Source: Nitrosopumilus sp. (GTDB lineage Archaea; Thermoproteota; Nitrososphaeria; Nitrososphaerales; Nitrosopumilaceae). From it: 64,000 nucleotides of DNA. The notes under the pieces were generated by a model that saw only the letters and a list, made by a program, of their open reading frames with translations, was not told the DNA's origin and did not search any database. The stretch lies in contig CBDBLX010000002.1 in NCBI GenBank assembly GCA_965207445.1, forward strand, positions 192,001 to 256,000, read 5' to 3'. This document shows, piece after piece, positions 1-9,227 of the stretch (its first letter is position 1; every line of letters starts with the position of its first letter). The translations under genes and the position numbers were made by a program.

Positions 1-938
1 ATGAGTGCAAACACTCCAACTGGCAATATCTGCTTCATAGACTTGGGAAGTCCCTTTCTCTTCTTTTTTGCATATCCGGGTGGGTATGAGCTTGGGATGA
101 TCGGTTCATACCCTCTTAGTCGTTTCTCTTCTCTCCATATGTCAATAGGGTATATCTCTTCAGGTTTGGCATTTGGCTTTAGCTTTACCCCTGAATTATT
201 GTTCCCACTTATACAATTATCATAATACTCTGAGTATTTGACGCGCTCTGATCTCTTCCATTGCTCTAGTGGATCCTTTACTCTTTTTTCATAGACGCCT
301 ATCGAGTTTCCTTTTGATGTTCGAAACTGCTCGAGTCGTTTTTGACCCTCTTTTGTCTTTAGGAGAATTTGGTACTCTTCTTGCGACATGTCCTCTGGTG
401 CCTCTTTTGGTGGAATCCATTTGTATAGTTTGTAAAAGAGATCATCTTTATCATCTACAAACCCCCGCATCTCAAACCATGCATCAAAATCTATCTTTTC
501 TTGCATTCCACGTTCTCGCTTTGTTAGTATTATGGGAATTAGATGTGATATTGAATAACCTATTACAAGTATGTTAAAAGTATTGAGTATCTTTGCAAAT
601 ACTGTACTTGCAGTGTGCGCCTCTCCTTGCATTAACTCCATGTCTATGAACTCTTCTCCTACCAAGATGGTTGCTTGGACGTGTACATTGACTATTGTAA
701 TTAAGATAAATGCAAATACTGGCAACATGACACTGCGCATGAATCTGGAGATATGCGGCCTCTCATAGTAGAATCTCTGCGATCTTACCCACGATGAGAA
801 CTTTTTGTATACTATTGTAATGGCTATTACCCCCACTGCCAAGATGATAAATGCAATCTGAAGTGATTCGGATATTGCAAGTAAATGTGAAACGGCCTCA
901 AACTCGCCTACTGTAATCTGTGATAACTCTTCTACCAT
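1..938 (-). CDS. mscS: MscS-family mechanosensitive channel, long thaumarchaeal N-terminus; 3' end runs off the window
   Basis: Manually translated minus-strand frame from ATG at 938 (MVEELSQITVGEFEAVS...IYPIDIWREEKRL...ILPVGVFAL). It is absent from the ORF track because it has no stop in the window. Resembles Nitrosopumilus MscS N-termini from memory; the channel core lies outside the window. Confidence 0.75.
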   Translation of the reverse strand, partial: MVEELSQITVGEFEAVSHLLAISESLQIAFIILAVGVIAITIVYKKFSSWVRSQRFYYERPHISRFMRSVMLPVFAFILITIVNVHVQATILVGEEFIDMELMQGEAHTASTVFAKILNTFNILVIGYSISHLIPIILTKRERGMQEKIDFDAWFEMRGFVDDKDDLFYKLYKWIPPKEAPEDMSQEEYQILLKTKEGQKRLEQFRTSKGNSIGVYEKRVKDPLEQWKRSERVKYSEYYDNCISGNNNSGVKLKPNAKPEEIYPIDIWREEKRLRGYEPIIPSSYPPGYAKKKRKGLPKSMKQILPVGVFAL

Positions 939-1200
939 TATATCATACACCTCAAGTGTAATAATAATAATAATGATGATGATGTCATGTTTGTAAATGC
1001 CATTATTATTATTACTATATATGTATACAAGACAAAGATTGTATTGTTTGTGTGGTTATGGGTTTCATTGATTTTAGAGTTTCAAAGATGACTAGTGTGA
1101 TTATTTTTAGTATGATTGATTTATTGGTGGTTAGAAATTAAAGGTTGTATTTTATATCTGCATTAGATAACAAACTACAAAATTTTACGCTCAGATTTTG

Positions 1201-1352
1201 GTGTGAACCAAGCTCTTTGGATACAATAACGAAATCACATACTTGTGTTTAGTGGTCACATTCCTGTCTGCATGTCGAGTATTGTGCATGCGATGCATTT
1301 GGCTAGGAGTTATTTTCAAATGATTATATCAATTATGGAGCCTGGTTCACAC
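1201..1352. mobile_element. MITE family A, copy 1
   Basis: Terminal inverted repeats GTGTGAACCAAGCTC...GAGCCTGGTTCACAC; flanks agattttg/aaattttg (7/8 match); homologous to 28523-28670 and 43801-43949. Confidence 0.85.
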
Positions 1353-1591
1353 AAATTTTGGCAAGATCAGACATGGCAAGGATCAGAATTTTGTTATAAT
1401 TTGTGACCTCTAAAATTATACCCAATTAGTGTATGGTGTGATGGCCAGACTTTGTTAGACAAGTTGTGTGGTTTATTGTTTCGCATGCATGCCTCCTAAT
1501 ACCATTTGGGTGTTGGTCATATCATGTGATACTAGAAGCATGATTGATAATCCCACATATCACATAAATAGTGAATTAGTAGAGTCAAAAT

Positions 1592-2113
1592 ATGGGATAT
1601 TTAGGGAACCATCTAGCTACAGTAGTGACAGGAGTCTTTGCTGCTATTTTGACTGTATTGTGGCCAATATTTGTTGACTTTTCACCAGTCATTGAGTTTG
1701 TCTTTATTATGGCTGTTCCTATAATGTGGTTTTTGGTGTTTACGTGCTGGATAGCTCAAAAGAGCGCCGATTACATGCACTCAAAACAACATTCCCACCC
1801 CGCCGCACAACACAACTCACAAGAACACATCACAACAACTACATCTAGTACTGTATACATGCAAGATGAAAAAAAAAGCTTGAATAGTGATACTACTACC
1901 TCTAAAGCCCAAAATGACACATCTGATATACAACGTGTCCAAAACGAACTTTTGGCAGATGTTGATGAACTCAAAGAGTCACTCAAACTCAAAGATAGTG
2001 AGATTGATAGATTGAATCGCCAAATTATAAACCTGCAGACCAGAGTCCAGATAGAGACTATCAAAGCTGAGCTGGCAAACCTAAAGATGCTCGCATCAAA
2101 ACAGAAAAAATGA
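1592..2113 (+). CDS. Hypothetical membrane protein (2 TM plus C-terminal coiled coil)
   Basis: 173-aa ORF with two hydrophobic N-terminal helices and a heptad-like C-terminus. Confidence 0.75.
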   Translation: MGYLGNHLATVVTGVFAAILTVLWPIFVDFSPVIEFVFIMAVPIMWFLVFTCWIAQKSADYMHSKQHSHPAAQHNSQEHITTTTSSTVYMQDEKKSLNSDTTTSKAQNDTSDIQRVQNELLADVDELKESLKLKDSEIDRLNRQIINLQTRVQIETIKAELANLKMLASKQKK

Positions 2114-2265
2114 TTACATGTTACAGTGACTGCAGTGTTTTTGCTCAATGTGGTTTTTTTTGCAAGAAGGACAACTAACTGCTCCCCCGTAGTGACATTT
2201 ACATGGACATAACTCAGTTGGGTCTATTTGCTCTTTTGTAGTATGTGTTAATTGGGATTGCAATA

Positions 2266-2820
2266 CTACTGTCCACCATCATCATTACTTGATGCTAGTT
2301 TTGTTGCCATATTTAGTGTATTATCAACCATCTCTCTGAGTCTTTCTTGTGCGTCACTAGTATTCATACCATCTATTATATCATCTGTCGTCATAAATAC
2401 TGGTTTTGGGTTTGCTACGACCCTAAAGTATGACAATAGTTGTGTAAGCAAAGTCTGAACATCAGTAAAACCGATGTGGCCTGCTGCTAATATGGCCATT
2501 CCAGCCGTCTTACCAGCCGTCTTTTTATAGTCTACAAATTCAAATAGGTTTTTGAGAGCTCCACTAAAAAAAGAGTTGTAAATCGGAGTACCAATTAACC
2601 AAACATCGGCCTGTACTAGTTCCTTTGCAGCTGACGTTGTATCTTCGTTGTACTGTTTGTCAAAGCCGTGGAAACACTCCATCTTTCTCTCCGATAGGTT
2701 TAGAAATGTGGTGTCTACATTATTATTATTATTATTTTTTGTATATTCATAAACATATTTCATCATTATCTCCGTATTGGCATTCTTTCTAGGACTGCCA
2801 GATATTACCACAACTTTCAT
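2266..2820 (-). CDS. NADPH-dependent FMN reductase
   Basis: Flavodoxin-like motifs GSPRKNANT and TPIYNSFFSGALKN; carries a poly-Asn insert. Confidence 0.9.
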   Translation of the reverse strand: MKVVVISGSPRKNANTEIMMKYVYEYTKNNNNNNVDTTFLNLSERKMECFHGFDKQYNEDTTSAAKELVQADVWLIGTPIYNSFFSGALKNLFEFVDYKKTAGKTAGMAILAAGHIGFTDVQTLLTQLLSYFRVVANPKPVFMTTDDIIDGMNTSDAQERLREMVDNTLNMATKLASSNDDGGQ

Positions 2821-2893
2821 GAATCATATCTTTTCTAGTCTCATTTAAATGATGTATGATGATCAAAGTAACCGTTCAACCCCCCGTCCATCA

Positions 2894-3178
2894 TCACTCC
2901 GTGTAGAGAGGGACAAAATTGCAAAGATGGTAAAAGTGAGGTGAAGTGGTGTAGAGGGGGGGGGGGGTAAATGGGGATTTTTCAACAACTCTACGACGCA
3001 AGATATGAATCGATTCCAGAATAACTAAATGAGAAACAACCGCAATCTTTCGTTTGTGTTCGATGTCATTAATTAGGGACTTATAATTAGGATAATAATC
3101 GTCTCTATGCCCTAACATATATGAGATCCAAACATTGGTATCATAATAGACTAGATCATTATTCGTTATCCCTGACAG
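2894..3178 (-). pseudogene. Truncated PIN-domain (VapC-like) nuclease
   Basis: Extending the 2894..3118 frame upstream gives LVYYDTNVWISY...VVSHLVILESIHILRR (PIN N-terminal Asp and Glu motifs). Similarity ends at a poly-G run near 2955-2967. Confidence 0.7.
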
Positions 3179-3671
3179 ATCTTACCAGCTCACTTGAGTT
3201 TTGTCTTTCATCAATATAATCACTAAGTAGACCGTCAAGAGACAATGTGTCTATTGCATCATCGGATTTAATATTGAAAATAGATTCAATCTTTTTCCTG
3301 CTTAGATCATTTTGTGCCAAAAGATTGTCAAGGTGTTCTTTTCTAATATGTTCTTGTAGAAACTTTACTTGTGTCTTGAGCGCTGAAACCTCCCTTGTCA
3401 ACTCTTCTATCATATCATAAATCCATGACATCTCGGAACTTTGATAATTTGTACGTTATATGTTTTCGTAATGCTGTTGACTAGGATATTCGGACATACT
3501 ACGCATTGGATTAGAAGATATTTCAGATCTCACAGAAATGAAAGATGATTTTGGATATTCTGTGTCGTTGGCCAAGTCAATATGTTGGAATGTGTACAAA
3601 TCGCGACGTGACATTAAAATAGATGAGTGCGGCATATAATACTCCCCGTCTGATTCTTTCGGTATTTCCAT
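3159..3671 (-). pseudogene. Putative antitoxin/partner gene split by one in-frame TAA
   Basis: ORFs 3456..3671 and 3159..3431 are in the same frame, separated by the TAA and 8 sense codons; the 3' end overlaps the PIN start. Confidence 0.5.
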
Positions 3672-3672
3672 A

Positions 3673-4152
3673 CTATATCACAACATTATCGGTTCGACGT
3701 TTTATATTTTCATTGCGTTTGAACAAAGATGTACATTTGGATTGAAAAGAAGTAGCAATAAAGCGCATATTTTCTAAAATTTCATACAAGCTTACTACAT
3801 CACTGCTTTTATAGGCTGATGATAATTTGAGTATATCCTCATGGATTTGATTTTTTAATTTATTCTTGTCTGATTCTGGTATAATATATCTTGTAAAAAG
3901 TGGCCCTACTTGTGAGAATATACCTTCTAGGACTTCTGCTACAAAAACACCCCGTTTAAAATTTGCAAGTGTAGATATATGAGTCAAATCTTTAGACATG
4001 TTAAAGCAGTTCTTAAACGCTTCATTTTCAACGAGATGTGTCATGGTTTCTAAATGTTCATCAAAAACTCCATACATATATTTTATATACTTATCTAATA
4101 ATCTATTTTGTAATCTACTAATAAAGATTCGTGCAGAGGTAACTGTAACCAT
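3673..4152 (-). CDS. Hypothetical helical protein (cargo)
   Basis: 159-aa ORF, co-oriented with and 1 nt from the next cargo gene; start uncertain. Confidence 0.55.
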   Translation of the reverse strand: MVTVTSARIFISRLQNRLLDKYIKYMYGVFDEHLETMTHLVENEAFKNCFNMSKDLTHISTLANFKRGVFVAEVLEGIFSQVGPLFTRYIIPESDKNKLKNQIHEDILKLSSAYKSSDVVSLYEILENMRFIATSFQSKCTSLFKRNENIKRRTDNVVI

Positions 4153-4235
4153 TCAACACTCGTACCTGCACCAGAAGTTAGACTATGAATCTATGCTTAA
4201 ATTTGGAAAGGGATTGAACGGTTACTGAACAAAAG

Positions 4236-4327
4236 CGGGCTTGGAGGGCTTCGATCCCTCGACCTGTAACTTAGGAGGCTACCACGCTATCCATACTGCA
4301 CGCTATAAAGCTCTGCGCCACAAGCCC
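4236..4327 (-). tRNA. tRNA-Arg(CCT) with a 17-nt intron at position 15/16 (4296-4312)
   Basis: Acceptor GGGCTTG/CAAGCCC; anticodon arm GTAGC-CTCCTAA-GTTAC; T arm GAGGG-ATCGAAG-CCCTC; bulge-helix motif around the intron. Confidence 0.9.
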
Positions 4328-4377
4328 AGTTTGAGAAACGTATGTAATTATTTAAGCCTACTTGGATGTATGTGATT

Positions 4378-5097
4378 CTAATTCTGATCCTGTTTTGTAC
4401 TATTAATTATACCCTCTACTCCATTCCAACTTGAATCTACACTAGTCTCACTCCATTGCTCAAAATATGTCACGTCTTTGAGATCAAGTCTCGGAAGCCA
4501 GCCAGCCTCTTCTAGGTCTGGCTTGCGTGCAAAATCTTTGACATGTCCTAGACACAGATAAGCAACAGGTGTCACATGTTTTGGTATGTGTAGTATGTTC
4601 TTGAGTGCATCATTGGAAAGTATACTGACCCATCCTACACCTATTCCTTCTGTGCGCGCCGCTAGCCACAAGTTTTGTATGGCGCAACATACACTGTGCA
4701 TCCCTGCTTCTGGAATGCTTGTTCTACCTATGACAAAGGGGCCAAATTTAGTTGGGTCATATGTGACACATAGATTTAGTGCAGATTCTATAATTCCTTC
4801 AAGTTTGAGTGATAGATACTTTTTTTTCTGATTTGGATCTTTGATCAAAGCAGACGATCTTATACGCTCTGCCTCAAATGATTCTTTGATCTTGTGACGC
4901 GTATTGGCACTTTTGACTAGTATGAAATTCCAAGGTTGCGAGAATCCAACTGATGGTGCATGGTGTGCTGCATGGAGAATCTTTACTAGTATTTGGTCAT
5001 CTATTTTTCTTTGTACAAAATGTGATCGTACATCTCTTCTGGTGTATATGGCCTTGTACAGTCCTTGTCGTTCTTCTTTACTAAAATCATTTGACAT
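4378..5097 (-). CDS. bluB: 5,6-dimethylbenzimidazole synthase
   Basis: Nitroreductase/BluB motifs RRDVR, APSVGFSQPW, CAIQNLWLAARTEGIGVGWVS. Confidence 0.93.
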   Translation of the reverse strand: MSNDFSKEERQGLYKAIYTRRDVRSHFVQRKIDDQILVKILHAAHHAPSVGFSQPWNFILVKSANTRHKIKESFEAERIRSSALIKDPNQKKKYLSLKLEGIIESALNLCVTYDPTKFGPFVIGRTSIPEAGMHSVCCAIQNLWLAARTEGIGVGWVSILSNDALKNILHIPKHVTPVAYLCLGHVKDFARKPDLEEAGWLPRLDLKDVTYFEQWSETSVDSSWNGVEGIINSTKQDQN

Positions 5098-5172
5098 TTG
5101 CTTGACCTTTTTTTATCTGTTTATACACCCCTGTTAAACCTTAATAGTCTGCATCATATCTGTTGGTTCAGT

Positions 5173-5246
5173 GGGCCGGTAGTCTAGCTGGTTAGGATAC
5201 CGCCTCGACACGGCGGTGATCGTGAGTTCGAATCTCATTCGGCCCA
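5173..5246 (+). tRNA. tRNA-Val(GAC)
   Basis: Cloverleaf GGGCCGG/TCGGCCC-A; anticodon arm CCGCC-TCGACAC-GGCGG; T loop TTCGAAT. Confidence 0.95.
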
Positions 5247-5861
5247 TTTCCATTTTTTATGGGCCTATTTTGAGCTCGTGTTTTACTCTTTAACTTTGTG
5301 TCTGTCAATATATGGATTGAAAAAGATTCGCATATAACTATGTTGGTTGAGTTCAAGCTTATTTTAAGCTCGTAGCTTGTAAAGCATAGATTGGTTCTGG
5401 CTCGATCTTTAGATATCGCAGAAAGTCTGCCGAATTGGATATGTTGTATCTGTTGTACATGGCATTTGATGCTTACGCCACTATTGATGATTTACTTCTG
5501 TAGATGTATCTATGCCTCAGACAGACACATCAGTAGTTCGTAATGTGCAAATTTTTAATGATCTTACTTCTAATTATGCAGTGCGGCAAATTTACAATGG
5601 CAAGGAACCACCGTGCTCTAATTCCCACCGCAGCAGTCTTCTGATTGATCCGGCAATTGAATCTACAAACGCATCCATTGTGAATAATTTTCCACCTGCA
5701 AGTCCGCCGTAATTTTCGTACCTTCCCATTGCCCACAAACCATACAACAACATTCCAAAAAATATCAACAGTAATGAATCCGCAAGGCGTTGCTAGGTCT
5801 CTGGAGTCATGTTTTTTATCACTATATATCATCTCTCTATTATTTAGCGCTTGCGATAAGT

Positions 5862-7731
5862 GGTTCTCCTGCAAACGCGGTTGGTGGCAATTAATACAGA
5901 TTTGAACCGTTGCGGTCAATCCGGACACGTAACTAGTATTTTGTCGCCACGTATGATAAACTTCAAACCCTCTGGGTTACCAAGTTTGGCAAGGACCGGC
6001 TTTGGAATGTACGAGTAACTAGTACCTCTTTTCACGTTGTGGGTTATGGATACTTGGAATTCAGTGGCATTGGCAGCCCATTTAGTCATGTTTGTTGTTC
6101 TCAGTACAACGTTATAACGTCACTGACATCGGATTGCGCACGAATGCTTATATATCCAATTGGTGATATATGTATAATGAAACAAAAAACAGTTCAGGAG
6201 GAAAAAGTGGTAGACGAAACTAAATCAAGATCAAAAACATTGGAAAATGACAACCCAAAGCCTGGCAAGCAGAGGCGCTCCAAGGCTCAGATTGATGCAA
6301 TTAGGAAAGCAGGCATTCAGATTGCATGCATTGCAGGTGCCATAACTACACTAAGCTCGATTAAATGGACAGTCGCATCGCAAACTGTGCAAGGTCTATT
6401 GTATGTGGTGTCGCTTAGTTCACTTGGAATGAGATGTCAGTGTGAGGCCAATCAAAATGGAAAAAAGATATGCAAACATGTGGTGGGGGTATACAAGCTC
6501 TTAGACAAAGAGTGGTGGTGTGGGCGTAGAAAAAGGATACAGATTAGGCGCAAAAAATTGAGATGTCAGTATCCAAAATGCAGATCCAAAGATGTGGTAG
6601 GATGGGGAGAGCGCAAGTGTAAGAGAAAAAGATCTGTGAGGCGATACATGTGCAAAAAATGTGGCCGTACATTTTCTGGAATGGAAGGGTTCAAGGGACG
6701 GCATTTTGATGCATCCATAATAGCAAAAGCGTTGTCCATGATGGCAACTAAAATGTCTCCAGAAGAAGTATGTGTGCAGCTTGCAATGGATGAGATCATC
6801 ATAAACCCATCTACAATACATAGGTGGACTGATGAGTATTCGCGAATCATGCTACGGTTCTCAAGTTTGTTGTGTCTTGATGCATGGTTTCAGTGGCATG
6901 TAGACGAACTAGAATTTAAAATACGTAAACAGACCAGATATTTGTTTGGTGTGATTGATGGCGCAAGTCGATTTGTTTTATCCCACGAGATCCTCAAGAA
7001 GAAAAAGGGATCTGATCCCACTAACCTGTTTCAAATGGCTGCTGCCCGTACGCGTAGGCTACCACGCATACTTGTAAGTGATGGACTGCAGGAGTTCATA
7101 AAGCCTGCCAGAAAAGTATTCTTTAAACGGGCTGGATCGGTGTTTGTACACATACGTGAGATACACATACAGAATCTTTTTAATCAAAATAACGTCTACG
7201 AACGACTCAACGGAGAATTTGAGGATAGACTCAAGTGTGTACGTGGACTAAAATCAGAGGACCCCGGACTCATACGTCTGATCATAGTATATCATAACTT
7301 TTTTAGAAAACACACAAGCCTCAAAAACAACATGACGCCTGCCAAGGCAATTGGAATTGACATTATACCAGTAAAAGACTCTGATCTTGCAGATAGTTGT
7401 GATGCTTGGATAACGTTCATCCAAAACGCATCCATACGTGCCTCTGCCTGAATTGCCAGACTCTGTACATTACACATCATATACACAAACACTCTACATC
7501 TGTTTGTGTTTTGATGCCAAATCAAACTATCATTTTTGGTGTACAATCTAATTTCTTCAAGATGAACCACCCTCGTTTGTTTTTTTGATACTGACTCTAA
7601 CTATCTCTATTCCAAATTATCGGCATAGTCATACAAAAAAGTACTAAAAACTTACACTTTTTTAACCTCAAATACCAAATTCAGATAAAAAGTTCATATA
7701 AACACCGATCAACCGCGTTTGCAAGAGAACC
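5862..7731 (+). mobile_element. IS6-family insertion sequence, apparently intact
   Basis: 24-bp TIRs GGTTCTCCTGCAAACGCGGTTGGT / GGTTCTCTTGCAAACGCGGTTGAT; perfect 8-bp target duplication CGATAAGT (5854-5861, 7732-7739). Confidence 0.92.
6177..7451 (+). CDS. DDE transposase (IS6/IS240-like) with SWIM zinc finger and zinc ribbon
   Basis: CQC...ICKH (SWIM); CQYPKC...CKKC; WHVDE, VSDGL, NVYERLNG, YHNFFRKH. The ATG at 6177 is preferred over the GTG at 6039. Confidence 0.88.
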   Translation: MKQKTVQEEKVVDETKSRSKTLENDNPKPGKQRRSKAQIDAIRKAGIQIACIAGAITTLSSIKWTVASQTVQGLLYVVSLSSLGMRCQCEANQNGKKICKHVVGVYKLLDKEWWCGRRKRIQIRRKKLRCQYPKCRSKDVVGWGERKCKRKRSVRRYMCKKCGRTFSGMEGFKGRHFDASIIAKALSMMATKMSPEEVCVQLAMDEIIINPSTIHRWTDEYSRIMLRFSSLLCLDAWFQWHVDELEFKIRKQTRYLFGVIDGASRFVLSHEILKKKKGSDPTNLFQMAAARTRRLPRILVSDGLQEFIKPARKVFFKRAGSVFVHIREIHIQNLFNQNNVYERLNGEFEDRLKCVRGLKSEDPGLIRLIIVYHNFFRKHTSLKNNMTPAKAIGIDIIPVKDSDLADSCDAWITFIQNASIRASA

Positions 7732-7739
7732 CGATAAGT

Positions 7740-8653
7740 CTCTGGGATGGTTTTGATGAGTTTGCTTTTGCTAGTGATTTTCATATTTGTGGCAAATGCT
7801 ACATACTGATCGACTATTTCATCAGTTTTTTTGGCATTATTTTTTCTGACGACAAGTAATGTAAACTTGCTGCTTTTTGTTTTTATCACACATCTCAATG
7901 ACTGATACAGTTTTTCTCTTTTGTTGTGAACTTTTAAAATGTATTTTTGTATGCGCTTATTTTTGGTTGCCGGCATTATGAAAGACAGGTGCAGGCGCAA
8001 AAGTTCATCTATGCATGCAACGTTGTTAAAACCTCGATCAAAGAGGCCAAGTTCCGGACGTGCATCCTCTTGAATTAATTTTTCAATGATTTTACGCATG
8101 ATTATGACCATTTTATAATTACTGGTCACACGATGTGCAAACAATTACCTGCTTGATTTACCATTTGTGCTGTCATAAATGAATGAAATCGCGCAGTGCC
8201 ATTTTTGGGCTTTGTTTTTAGCATCTCAGGTTTAAGTCCCTTGTCATAATATTCCCATCTGGTCATATCAATTGCAATAGTGCTTGCCTTTTTTGAGCAT
8301 GTTGTGTTTTCTGGCATTACTGAGCATTGTTTTGACGTTCTCGTCACCCCATTGTTTTACTTGCTCTAGATCTGCGCTCTTTAGGCATTTGAGCACAGTA
8401 TTTTCAGATGGTATGTTTATGCGTTCGCTTTTTCTAAAATAGTTAGCTTCATTGCGTTTTTTTTGTGTGTTGCTGCATTTACGCACATGTTGTTGAGTGC
8501 CATGGCGGCAAGTGTACCAAGATAATCATCCGCACCATATTTGCTGTTATATCTAGTTGATATGTTTAGTCCGAGATCGTTGAATCGTTTTCGTAAAACT
8601 TTATAATTTACTTGTCCTAATTCATATTGATGCTCTAGTACCTCATTTTTCAT
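7740..8653 (-). pseudogene. ISH3-like transposase, multiply frameshifted (C-terminus continues below 5861)
   Basis: Fragments IAIDMTRWEYYDK...KPKNGTARFH, LFDRGF, YVAFATN spread over four frames. Confidence 0.82.
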
Positions 8654-8921
8654 ATATGTTCAGAGGTACTAGAATATTCCCATATATTACACTTTCTAGT
8701 TGATCTGATCAAGTATGATCATCAACGTTTAACGACATTGTAGATTATTTAAATAAGATTATATAAAACACATTGCGAATTACTGATGTGGTTGTTAAAA
8801 CAATTATCGCATAGTCCTATCCGCTGTAGTATCCAAACCAGACATTCAATCTACCAATCTGTCTAATCTTTACGGGTATGACACGTGTCTGTTTGATTAT
8901 CTTAATCCTTGTCAGTGTGTG

Positions 8922-9227
8922 CTATATGTATCTGTTGCCTGCCTTGTTTAAAGCGAGTATGATTAGAATTGGTGTAAACAGTATAAGAAATGGGAAATGT
9001 TGAAAAATAGCCCTAAAAAAATATTCAGGGCCCCACCCACAATAAGTTGGAAGCAAGGATGGATTAGGATTATAATTATACGACGGGTCTTGATTTTTTT
9101 CAGCCTCTGGATTCGTAGTTCTGCAGAACGGCCCACCAAATACAATCAACGGACTCGAATAATTTAACACAATCAATCCAGACAATACAAGTACAATTAT
9201 TTTACTTCGTTTTCTCATAAGCGTCAC
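8922..9227 (-). CDS. Small two-TM protein with a two-Cys loop, coupled to the protease gene
   Basis: 101-aa ORF overlapping the protease stop by 4 nt; two hydrophobic segments. Confidence 0.6.
   Translation of the reverse strand: MTLMRKRSKIIVLVLSGLIVLNYSSPLIVFGGPFCRTTNPEAEKNQDPSYNYNPNPSLLPTYCGWGPEYFFRAIFQHFPFLILFTPILIILALNKAGNRYI

Larger units (their letters stand above)
2868..4225. mobile_element. Non-autonomous cargo element bounded by MITE family B ends
   Basis: Left end GTAACCGTTCAACCCCCCG; right end TAAATTTGGAAAGGGATTGAACGGTTAC; flanks tgatcaaa/tgaacaaa; no transposase inside. Confidence 0.8.
5531..8785 (-). mobile_element. Decayed ISH3-like insertion sequence, interrupted by an IS6-family element
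   Basis: Inverted ends CAGTAGTTCGTAATGTG / CAGTAATTCGCAATGTG (15/17). The uninterrupted relic at 43365-43800 joins the sequence before 5861 to that after 7740. Confidence 0.8.
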
